A DNA stretch of 64,000 bases, taken from positions 57,229 through 121,228 of the forward strand of contig CALWRM010000015.1 in NCBI GenBank assembly GCA_944383925.1, in the 5' to 3' direction. The notes beneath the pieces were generated by a model. That model saw only the letters and a program-made list of their open reading frames with translations. It was not told the DNA's origin and searched no databases. The stretch is from an uncultured Clostridia bacterium. GTDB lineage: Bacteria > Bacillota > Clostridia > Christensenellales > UBA1750. This document shows, one piece after another, positions 27,051 to 35,337 of the stretch; the first letter of the stretch is position 1; the number at the start of each line of letters is the position of its first letter. A program made the position numbers and the translations under genes.

Positions 27051-28244
27051 TTAATCAGACAAAGCCGTCGAGCCAGAGCCGCCCGCAACCGGCCAGAGCC
27101 GGAAAATGGCCCGCAAATTGACCAAAAAGCCCGTGGGATTGACCGAGCGGCCCGCCACCAGGCTGACCCGATCGATGACCTCGTCGTTTCGATAGACCAC
27201 CGCGCTGCCCAGGGCCTGGCCCTTTTCAAAGGGCGCGTACAGCGAGGCGGGGGCCTGGTATTCCACGCGCAGGGTGGATTCCTCCCCCTTTTTGCACAGG
27301 TAGCGCAGGGGTTTGGCCAGGTATAGGTCCACGGTCTCGCCCTTGGCGTTGTCCACGGCAAGGCCGCTCAGGCTCGGCGCGGTGCCGGGGTCCAGCGTCT
27401 TGTAGGCATAGTGGTCAAAGCCGTAGTCCAGCATGGACGTGGCGATGGAAAAGCGTTCCTTGCTGGAGGCGGCGCCGAGCACCACCGCCACGAAGCGGAG
27501 CTCCCCCCGCTTGGCGCTGGCGCTGACGCAAAAGCCCGCCTCCTGGGTGGAACCCGTCTTTACCCCGTCTGCGCCTTCGTAAAAGCGCACCAGGCGGTTG
27601 GTGTTCACCAAGGAGGTGACGCGGCCGGAGTTGTGGGTCAGGTCCTCCATCCAAATGGTGGAGTATTGGAAGAAGCGCTCGTGCCGGAGCACCTCCAGGG
27701 AAAGGACGGCGATGTCCCGGGCGGTGGTGTGCTGTCCCTCCACGGGCAGGCCGGTGGTGTTTTTGTATGCGGTGTTTTGCAGGCCCAATTCCCCGGCGCG
27801 GCGGTTCATGGCGGCCACGAAGTTCTCCTCGGAGCCCAGCGCGTGCTCGGCCAGGGCCACGGCGGAGTCGTTGGACGAGGCAACGATCAGGGAGCTGAGC
27901 AGCGTCTCCAGCTTGTACACGCCGCCGGCGTCCAGCAGGGCCTGGGAACCGCCCATGCTCGCCGCGTTTTGCGACACGGTGACCTCCTCCTCCAGCGTCA
28001 GCGTTCCCTCGTCCAGCATCTCCAGCAGCAGGAGGATGGTCATCAGCTTGGTCACCGAGGCCACGGGCCGCTCTTCGTCGGCGTTCAACTCGAAGATCAC
28101 CTGGCCGCTGTCGGCCTCCAGCAGAAGAAGGCTGGCCGCCTGCGCCTCGAAGGGCGGCTCCGCCTCCAGGGGAGCCGCCAGGGCGCGATGGGGCGCGAGC
28201 AGGCAAAGGAGAAGCGCCAGGGCCAAACATCGACGGATACGCAT
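27051..28244 (-). CDS. Serine-type D-Ala-D-Ala carboxypeptidase (S11, PBP5/DacB-like)
   Basis: Signal peptide plus SxxK (ASVTKLMT), SxN (SSND) and KTG (VKTGST) motifs. Confidence 0.88.
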   Translation of the reverse strand: MRIRRCLALALLLCLLAPHRALAAPLEAEPPFEAQAASLLLLEADSGQVIFELNADEERPVASVTKLMTILLLLEMLDEGTLTLEEEVTVSQNAASMGGSQALLDAGGVYKLETLLSSLIVASSNDSAVALAEHALGSEENFVAAMNRRAGELGLQNTAYKNTTGLPVEGQHTTARDIAVLSLEVLRHERFFQYSTIWMEDLTHNSGRVTSLVNTNRLVRFYEGADGVKTGSTQEAGFCVSASAKRGELRFVAVVLGAASSKERFSIATSMLDYGFDHYAYKTLDPGTAPSLSGLAVDNAKGETVDLYLAKPLRYLCKKGEESTLRVEYQAPASLYAPFEKGQALGSAVVYRNDEVIDRVSLVAGRSVNPTGFLVNLRAIFRLWPVAGGSGSTALSD

Positions 28245-28375
28245 AAAGAACCCCCCTTTGCCAGATGTCTATGCGGGCTCAAGCCGTTCCAGAACGGGCC
28301 GGACGGAAGACAGGCGCAGGCCCGCGCCCCCAAAGGGGCGCAGGCCTGCAAAAGCCGCCAAAGACGGCCGGCGGT

Positions 28376-29488
28376 CTAGTCGAAGTAAACGGGCTTGCCG
28401 GTCTTGGAGGATTCGTAGATGGCCTCCAGGATCTTGGTGACCACGATGGCCTGCTCGGGCAGGGTGTACAGGGGCTTGGAATCGTCCTTGACGTGGTCCA
28501 GCCACATGCGGCATTCGCGCTCGGCGGGGGAGCCGGAGGAGCCGCCCTCGAAGAAGTCCACGCCGCCGACGTTCAGCTCGGGGATCTGGGTGTAGAGCTT
28601 GGAGAACTTTTCGCCGTTGAGGCGCAGGCCGCCCACGGCCCTTTCGCCGTCCATATCCGCGCCGCCCTTGGTGCCGCACAGGGAGCACTTGGCCTCGCCG
28701 ATGTCCAAGGTGTTGAGGGCCCAGGAGCTCTCCAGCACGATGGTGGCGCCGTTCTTCATCCGAACAAAGCCAAAGGCGCTGTCCTCGGTGGTGAATTTCT
28801 CGGGATCCCAGGGACCAAAGGCGTTGGCGGCGTTCTTGGTGTCGGCCAGCTTGCGGTATTTGGTGCCCACGACCATCTCGGGCTCGTAGTTGTTCATGGT
28901 CCACAAGGTCAGGTCCAGGGCATGGGTGCCGATGTCGATCAAGGGACCGCCGCCCTGCTTTTCCTCCTCGATGAACACGCCCCAGGTGGGCACGCCGCGG
29001 CGGCGGATGGCCTTGGCCCGGGCGTAATAGATTTCGCCCAGCTCGCCGTTTTCACAGATCTTCTTCAGATACAGCGCGTCGTTGCGGAAGCGGTTCTGGT
29101 AGCCGATGGTCAGCTTCTTGCCGGTGGCCTTGGCCGCGTCCAGCATCTTCTGGGCCTCGGCGGTGTTGATGGCCATGGGCTTTTCGCACATGACGTGCTT
29201 GCCTGCGTACAGGGCGTCCACGGTGATGTAGCTGTGGTCGATGTTGGGCGTGAGCACGTGCACCACCTGGATGCTCTCGTCCTTGAGCAGCTCCTTATAG
29301 TCGGTGTAGACCTTGGCGTCGGGGGTGCCAAAGTCCTTGGCGGCCTTGACGGTGCGCTCCTGGATGATGTCGCAGAAGGCGACCAGCTCGACGTCGGGCT
29401 GCTTGTGCAGGGCGGGCATGTGTTTGTTGTTGGCGATGCCGCCGCAGCCGATGATGCCGACGCGCAAAACCTGACAGCTTTCGCTCAT
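28376..29488 (-). CDS. Gfo/Idh/MocA-family oxidoreductase
   Basis: LRVGIIGCGGIANNKHMP Rossmann start and CEKPMA motif. Confidence 0.85.
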   Translation of the reverse strand: MSESCQVLRVGIIGCGGIANNKHMPALHKQPDVELVAFCDIIQERTVKAAKDFGTPDAKVYTDYKELLKDESIQVVHVLTPNIDHSYITVDALYAGKHVMCEKPMAINTAEAQKMLDAAKATGKKLTIGYQNRFRNDALYLKKICENGELGEIYYARAKAIRRRGVPTWGVFIEEEKQGGGPLIDIGTHALDLTLWTMNNYEPEMVVGTKYRKLADTKNAANAFGPWDPEKFTTEDSAFGFVRMKNGATIVLESSWALNTLDIGEAKCSLCGTKGGADMDGERAVGGLRLNGEKFSKLYTQIPELNVGGVDFFEGGSSGSPAERECRMWLDHVKDDSKPLYTLPEQAIVVTKILEAIYESSKTGKPVYFD

Positions 29489-29685
29489 GGGGCGTTCTCC
29501 TCCTTAGAAATAGAAGATGAAGATGTAGAAAGCAGATTGGCCAAAGGCCTTCTTTTATATTGTACAACGGGAGAAGCGGCAATGCAATCCAAATAGCGCA
29601 AGGAAACAACCGAAGAAGGGAAATTGCCTTCCGCGCCGGGCTGTGGTAAAGTGGTACTTGAAAACGCCGACGTGCGAAAAGGGGG

Positions 29686-31017
29686 ATGGAACAGGGCATG
29701 GCAAGGGATCGGATGCTGGAAAAGGCCAAGGGCCTGGTGGGTCCGTGCGCCTGTGGAAGGATGCACGGACTGAAAACGCGGGAAATCTACATAGGCCGCG
29801 AGTTGGAGGAGAGGCTGGCCTTTTACGCCATGGATTTGGCCGGAGGCGGCCGCGCCTTGGCGGTTTTTGACAGGAACACCTATGCGGCGTTGGGCGAGCG
29901 GGTGCTTTCCGCGCTGCAAGCCGGCTGCGGCGGGGCGGACGCCCTGCTGCTCCAGGGCGAGGAGATCCACGCCGACAGCCGGAGCGTCGGGAACATCTTG
30001 CTGCATGTGACGGATGAAACCCGGCTGCTGGTGGCCGTCGGCAGCGGCACCATCAACGACAGCTGCCGCTACGTGGCCCATCGGCTCGGCCTGCCCTACC
30101 TGGTGGCGGGCACCGCCCCCTCCATGGACGGCTACGCCTCCTCGGTGTCGCCGGTGCTGGTGGACGGGCTCAAGCTCACCGTGGAGGCGGTGGCCCCCAC
30201 GGCCGTGCTGCTGGACCCGGGCGTGCTGGCCCGGGCGCCCAAGCCCATGCTGGCCGCCGGCCTGGGGGACATGCTGGGCAAGCACATCGCCCTGCTGGAT
30301 TGGTCCCTGGCCGCCCAGAACATCGGGGAGAGCTTCTGCCAGCCCATCGCCTCCCTGATGGAGGAGGCGGTGGCCCTTTGCGAGGAGAGCGCCGGCCAAC
30401 TGCCCAAGGGGGACGAGGGCGCCGTGGCGGCCCTTGGCCGGGGCTTGTGCCTATCGGGCTTGGCAATGCAGCTGATGGGCAATTCCAGGCCGGCCAGCGG
30501 CGGCGAGCACCACATCTCCCACTTCCTGGAGCTCAAGCAGATGCAGCGGGGCGAAAAGCCCACCCTGCACGGCGACAAGGTGGGCGTGGCCACGCTGTAC
30601 ATGATCGAGTTTTACCACAGGCTCTATGAAAAGCGGCGGCCCCTGCGGCCGGTGGACCTTTCCGCCTGGAAAACGCGGCTGCAGGAGGGCTACGGCCCGG
30701 CCGCGGAGGGCTTCTTGCGCCTGAGCCCCCTGGAAAGGGGCGAGAGCACGCCCCTGCAACAGCAGTACGAGCGCTACCTGGAGGGCTTCGACGCCTTCCG
30801 GGAGCGGGCGGAGGCCCTGTACGCCAAGCGGGAGGAATACTGCGGCCTGCTCCTGGCCTGCCAGGGCCCCGTGGAGCCGGAGCAGCTGGGCGTGTCCAAG
30901 CAGGACATGAAGCAGGCCATGCTCTGCGCCTTCCTGCTTCGTCCAAGATACGCCTCGCTGCGCATGGCGTTCTATTTCGGATGGCTGGAGGAGATCGTGG
31001 ATGAAATCTTTGCATAG
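29686..31017 (+). CDS. araM: sn-Glycerol-1-phosphate dehydrogenase-like (AraM/EgsA family, iron-ADH fold)
   Basis: VAVGSGTINDSCRYVA nucleotide-binding motif. PSMDGYAS, GDMLGK and SGGEHHISHFLE are metal/substrate motifs as remembered for G1PDH. The start is uncertain (29686 or 29698). Confidence 0.6.
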   Translation: MEQGMARDRMLEKAKGLVGPCACGRMHGLKTREIYIGRELEERLAFYAMDLAGGGRALAVFDRNTYAALGERVLSALQAGCGGADALLLQGEEIHADSRSVGNILLHVTDETRLLVAVGSGTINDSCRYVAHRLGLPYLVAGTAPSMDGYASSVSPVLVDGLKLTVEAVAPTAVLLDPGVLARAPKPMLAAGLGDMLGKHIALLDWSLAAQNIGESFCQPIASLMEEAVALCEESAGQLPKGDEGAVAALGRGLCLSGLAMQLMGNSRPASGGEHHISHFLELKQMQRGEKPTLHGDKVGVATLYMIEFYHRLYEKRRPLRPVDLSAWKTRLQEGYGPAAEGFLRLSPLERGESTPLQQQYERYLEGFDAFRERAEALYAKREEYCGLLLACQGPVEPEQLGVSKQDMKQAMLCAFLLRPRYASLRMAFYFGWLEEIVDEIFA

Positions 31018-31819
31018 CCTTTCCGAAGCGGCCGTCCGGCAGAAGCTGGCCGCCGTGCGCTGCTTCTTGCTGGATATGGACGGCACCTTCTACCTGGGCA
31101 ACCGCCTGCTGGAAGGGTCCATGGACTTCTTGCGCGCCGTGGAGCGCAGCGGGCGCAGCTTTGCCTTTTTGACCAACAATTCCTCCAGGGGAACGGAGCA
31201 CTACATCCGCAAGCTGGCCGGCATGGGCGTAAGCATCGCGCCGGAGCAGATGCTCTCCTCCGGCCAGGCCGCCGCCATGTATCTGCGGCGGCAATGGCCG
31301 GGCAAGCGCGTGTTCCTGCTGGGAAACGACTCCCTGCGCCGCGAGATGGAGGCATACGGCATCCCCCTGGACCAGGAAAGTCCGGAGCTGGTGCTGGTTG
31401 GCTTTGACACCAGCCTGACCTATGAAAAGATGTGCCGGGTTTGCGACCTGGTGCGCGCCGGCCTGCCCTACATCGCCACCCATCCGGACTTCAACTGTCC
31501 GACGGAGACGGGGTTTGTTCCCGACATCGGGGCCATCATGGCCTTCATTCAGGCCTCCACCGGCCGGAAGGCGGACCTGATCGTCGGAAAGCCCCATGGC
31601 GAAATCGTCCGCGCCGCCTGCGAGCGGACGGGCCTGGCCCCGTCGCAGATGGCCGTGGTGGGCGACCGGCTTTACACGGACATACAGACGGGCCTCTCCC
31701 ACGGGCTGTTGGCCATCATGGTGCTCACGGGGGAGGGAACGGTGGAGGAAATCGAAAGGACGGGCGTGGAGCCGGACCTGCTCTTCGAGCGGCTCAGCGA
31801 CATGATCCCCTATCTGTAA
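31001..31819 (+). CDS. HAD-IIA sugar phosphatase (NagD/AraL-like)
   Basis: FLLDMDGTFYLG (DxDG), FLTNNSSR and GKP...VGDRLYTDI motifs. It overlaps the upstream gene by 17 nt. Confidence 0.8.
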   Translation: MKSLHSLSEAAVRQKLAAVRCFLLDMDGTFYLGNRLLEGSMDFLRAVERSGRSFAFLTNNSSRGTEHYIRKLAGMGVSIAPEQMLSSGQAAAMYLRRQWPGKRVFLLGNDSLRREMEAYGIPLDQESPELVLVGFDTSLTYEKMCRVCDLVRAGLPYIATHPDFNCPTETGFVPDIGAIMAFIQASTGRKADLIVGKPHGEIVRAACERTGLAPSQMAVVGDRLYTDIQTGLSHGLLAIMVLTGEGTVEEIERTGVEPDLLFERLSDMIPYL

Positions 31820-31861
31820 GCAAGATGGACCCGCGCTTGCCGCGGGCGAGGAGGAAGCCAG

Positions 31862-32668
31862 ATGGAAAAGCTGTATCTATGGGAACAGGGGCAAACGCCC
31901 CTGTTCAACCCCGACATTCAGGACCAGGACGAGCCCTCCCTGAGCGCGTATCCCGTTCCCTGGGCTGCGGAGGAGGCGCGGCCCGCGGTGGTGGTGCTGC
32001 CGGGCGGCGCCTATGTGGAAAAGGTGGCCCACGAAAAGCTCCCCATCGCCAGAACCATGCACGAGATGGGCTTTCACGCCTTCATCCTGGATTACCGCGT
32101 CGCGCCCTACCGCTGGCCTAGCCCCCTGCTGGACTGCCAAAGGGCCATCCGCTACCTGCGCTGCCACGCCGCCGAGCTGCATGTTCGGCCCGACAAGATC
32201 GCCGTGATCGGCTTTTCGGCGGGCGGCCATCTCTGCGGCATGTCCGGCACCGTCTGGGACGAGGGCGACCCCAATGCCCAGGACCCGGTGGAGCGTTATT
32301 CCTGTAGGCCGGACGCCTTCGTGCCCTGCTACGCCGTGCTGGATCTGCCCGGCGCGCTGGGCCATGCGGGCTCCAAGGAGAACATGCTCAGCGGCGTGGA
32401 CGCCGGGAAATTCCCCTACTCCCTCTGCGCCTGGGAAAACGTGGGCCCCGACACCCCGCCCTGCTTCCTGTTCCACACCGCCAAGGACAACCTGGTGCCC
32501 GTGGAAAATTCCCTGCGCATGGCCGAGGCCATGGCCAAGGCGGGGGCGACGGTGGAGCTGACCGTCTTCCCCCACGGCGGACACGGCGTGTCCATGGGCC
32601 TGACCACGCCCCTGGCCAACGCCTTCCCGTCCCTGCTGCAGGCCTTCCTGAAGGACCAGGGCTTCTAG
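31862..32668 (+). CDS. Alpha/beta hydrolase (acetyl-esterase/lipase-like)
   Basis: VVVLPGGAY oxyanion region, GFSAGGH nucleophile elbow, and D/H near the C-terminus (DNLVP...HGGH). Confidence 0.75.
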   Translation: MEKLYLWEQGQTPLFNPDIQDQDEPSLSAYPVPWAAEEARPAVVVLPGGAYVEKVAHEKLPIARTMHEMGFHAFILDYRVAPYRWPSPLLDCQRAIRYLRCHAAELHVRPDKIAVIGFSAGGHLCGMSGTVWDEGDPNAQDPVERYSCRPDAFVPCYAVLDLPGALGHAGSKENMLSGVDAGKFPYSLCAWENVGPDTPPCFLFHTAKDNLVPVENSLRMAEAMAKAGATVELTVFPHGGHGVSMGLTTPLANAFPSLLQAFLKDQGF

Positions 32669-32783
32669 CCGCGGACGGCCGGACCTGTTTGGCCCGGCGA
32701 CTGCCATTTCTTGCATAACCAAGGCCCCTCCTGCGCATTACTCCATGTAAGGAGACTGATGTGTGAAGGAGGGGTTTTTTCAC

Positions 32784-35081
32784 ATGAAGGGAATCGTAAT
32801 GGCGGGCGGCAGCGGCCAAAGGCTGCGGCCGCTCACCTGCCTGCTGCCCAAGCCCATGGCGCCGTTCTTGGGCAAGCCCGTGATGGAGCATGCGCTCCTG
32901 CGCCTGCAGGAGGCGGGCATCCAGCGCGTGGGCGCGACCCTATCCTACCGTGCGGAGCAGATCCAGCGCTATTTCGGGGACCGCCTGCGCTATTTTGTGG
33001 AGGACGAGCCCCAGGGCACGGCGGGCAGCCTGCGGGCGGCCCGGGATTTCCTGGACGAAAGCTTCGTGGTCGTTTCCGGGGACGCCCTGACGGACATCCA
33101 GCTTGCCGACGCCATCCGCTTCCACCAGGAGCGAGGGGCCTTGGCCACCTTGGTGCTCAAAAAGGTGGAAAACCCCTTGGAATACGGGGTGGTGCTCACG
33201 GACGAACGGGGAAGGGTGCGCCGCTTTTTGGAGAAGCCGGGCTGGAGCCAGGTGTTTTCCGACCTGGTGAACACGGGCATCTACATCCTGGAGCCGGAGC
33301 TGCTCTCCCTCTTGCCCAAGGAGGGCCCCTACGACTTTGGCAAACAGCTCTTCCCCGCCATGGTGGAGAAGGGCCTGCCCCTCTACGGATACGTGGCCAA
33401 GGGGTATTGGTGCGACATCGGCGACAGCGCCCAATACCTGCGCGCCCACATGGACGCCCTGGCCGGCCGCATACGGGGCTTCGAGCCTAAAGTGGAGGAA
33501 GGAGCCCAGGTGGAGGACGGGGCGCAGCTGCAGGGCCCGGTGTGGATCGGCAAGGGCAGTCGCGTGTGCGAGGGGGCGCGGCTTGGCCCCTTTGCGGTGG
33601 TGGGCAGGGACTGCTGCGTGCGCCCCTCTGCCAGCGTGCGCGCCAGCGTGCTTTGGGACGGCGTGCTGGTGGGCGAGCGGGCGGAGCTGCGGGGGGCGCT
33701 GGCCTTGGATGGCGCGCAGGTGCTGCGCGGCGGGCAGATGTACGAGGGCTCCGTGCTGGGGTCCGGCGCCGTGCTTGGCGAGGGCGCAAGTCTGGCGGAC
33801 GGGGCCATGGTTTGGCCGGGCAAGCGCGTGGACGCCGGGGATCGGCTGCGCGGCAGCCTGGTGCGCGGTCGCGCGCCCCTGCGCTGGGATTCCCGCGGCG
33901 TCTATGCCGACAGCGCGACCCTGCCCGGGCCCGAGCGCTTTTGCGCCCTGGGCAGGGTCCTTGGCCGCGCCTGCGGCAAGGAGGGCTTTGCCCTGGCCCA
34001 CGACGGCAGCGGCGCGGCGCAGATGGGGCTGTTCGCCCTGTGCGCCGGCCTGGCGGCGGCCGGTTGCCAAGCCCTGTTGGCCGGGGAGGCGAGCCCCCAG
34101 GCCTTGGCCTGCGCCCAGGACGAGTATGGGGCCGGCGGCGCGGCCTATCTCTGCCTGCGGGGCGGACGCCTGCGCGTGGACCTGTACGACCGCCAGGGGT
34201 TGGAGCACTCCGTGGCGGAAAGACGAGCGCTCCAGGCCGCCCTGGAGCGGGAAGAGGCGCCCGGCCTTGCCCTGGAGCAGCTGCCATTCCCTGTGGAACT
34301 GCAGGGCGTGTCCGCCCTGCGGCTGATGCAGCTGGTGCTGCTGGCGGATCTGGCGGGCCAGGCCGGAGAGCTGAACCTGGAGGCGGCCAAGGGCCCCGCC
34401 GCCGCCGAGGCCGAGGCCCTGTTCCGGCCGGGCGGCGCCATCCGCGCCCGGCTGCGGGAGGACTTGGAGGGCGTGGAGCTGTGGGACGAAAAGGGACGGG
34501 CCGTGTCGGAAGCCGTCTATCCCCTGCTGTGCGCGGCGGTGGCGCACTGCTTCGCCCCCGGCGCGCCGGTGATGGGCGCCTGGCAGGACTCCGACGCCCT
34601 GGAGGAGATGGCCGCCTCCCTGGGCGTGCGCTGCCTGCGCTGCGGCCCCAGCCGCCGCGAGCGCATGGAGCTGACGCGGGACCATCCGCTGTACCGGACC
34701 TTGTTCTTCGACGGCATCGGCGCGCTCACCCTCCTTCTGGAGGCCCTCAAGAAATGGGACCTGCCCCTGTGGCAGCTGGTGGACCGCCTGCCTAAGCGCT
34801 ACAGGCTGGAAAAGCGCCTGCCCTGCCGCAACAGCCGCAAGGGCCGCGTGCTGCAACGGGTGGCCCAGGCCTTGGCGCCACGCTCCCCCGTGCTGGAGCA
34901 TGGCGTTCGCCTCTCCCTGGGGGAGCGGGGCGCGGCCTTCCTCTATCCGGAGGAGGACAGCGAGAGCTTCTACCTGCGCAGCGAGTCGCCGGACGCGGAG
35001 TTTGCCCGGGAACTGTTCGACGAGATGGAAGCCCTGCTGGCCAGAAGCTTGGCCCAGGAGGAAGCAGGGGAGAATAAATAA
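32784..35081 (+). CDS. Sugar-1-phosphate nucleotidyltransferase + LbH + phosphohexomutase-like fusion
   Basis: N-terminus MKGIVMAGGSGQRLRPLT (GxGxRLxPLT), a central left-handed beta-helix-like repeat region, and a C-terminal half with phosphoglucomutase/phosphomannomutase-like layout. ATG 32784; the ORF is open from 32763. Confidence 0.75.
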   Translation: MKGIVMAGGSGQRLRPLTCLLPKPMAPFLGKPVMEHALLRLQEAGIQRVGATLSYRAEQIQRYFGDRLRYFVEDEPQGTAGSLRAARDFLDESFVVVSGDALTDIQLADAIRFHQERGALATLVLKKVENPLEYGVVLTDERGRVRRFLEKPGWSQVFSDLVNTGIYILEPELLSLLPKEGPYDFGKQLFPAMVEKGLPLYGYVAKGYWCDIGDSAQYLRAHMDALAGRIRGFEPKVEEGAQVEDGAQLQGPVWIGKGSRVCEGARLGPFAVVGRDCCVRPSASVRASVLWDGVLVGERAELRGALALDGAQVLRGGQMYEGSVLGSGAVLGEGASLADGAMVWPGKRVDAGDRLRGSLVRGRAPLRWDSRGVYADSATLPGPERFCALGRVLGRACGKEGFALAHDGSGAAQMGLFALCAGLAAAGCQALLAGEASPQALACAQDEYGAGGAAYLCLRGGRLRVDLYDRQGLEHSVAERRALQAALEREEAPGLALEQLPFPVELQGVSALRLMQLVLLADLAGQAGELNLEAAKGPAAAEAEALFRPGGAIRARLREDLEGVELWDEKGRAVSEAVYPLLCAAVAHCFAPGAPVMGAWQDSDALEEMAASLGVRCLRCGPSRRERMELTRDHPLYRTLFFDGIGALTLLLEALKKWDLPLWQLVDRLPKRYRLEKRLPCRNSRKGRVLQRVAQALAPRSPVLEHGVRLSLGERGAAFLYPEEDSESFYLRSESPDAEFARELFDEMEALLARSLAQEEAGENK

Positions 35082-35092
35082 CATTGCGCCGC

Positions 35093-35120
35093 TTGCTTCA
35101 AACCAAGGCTATGCTATAAT
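35093..35120 (+). promoter_or_regulatory. Extended -10 promoter upstream of RNase J
   Basis: TTGCTT (35093-35098), 16-nt spacer ending in TGc, TATAAT (35115-35120). This implies a leader of about 210 nt. Confidence 0.6.
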
Positions 35121-35284
35121 AATGCGCAAAGAGATTTTTTCGGGCAGCTCCAAGGCCCTTCCCCCGTGCGCGCGAGCGCAGTGGTTTGCGGGAAGCCAAG
35201 TGCGGGTTGGTTTCCTGCCGGTGCGCGCGGCCGAAGGCCTGGCGGAGCGTTCGTTTAAATGAAATAATCTTGTTAAGAAGGAGG

Positions 35285-35329
35285 AGGAACATACTAACAG
35301 CCGTCTATTGTGCAGTGCCTTATGTTCCT
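35285..35329 (+). promoter_or_regulatory. Leader hairpin between SD-like element and rnj start codon
   Basis: Perfect 9-bp inverted repeat AGGAACATA / TATGTTCCT with a 27-nt loop. GGAGG (35280-35284) lies immediately 5' of the stem. 8 nt of A-rich sequence separate the 3' arm from ATG 35338. Confidence 0.45.
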
Positions 35330-35337
35330 AAAAAAAG

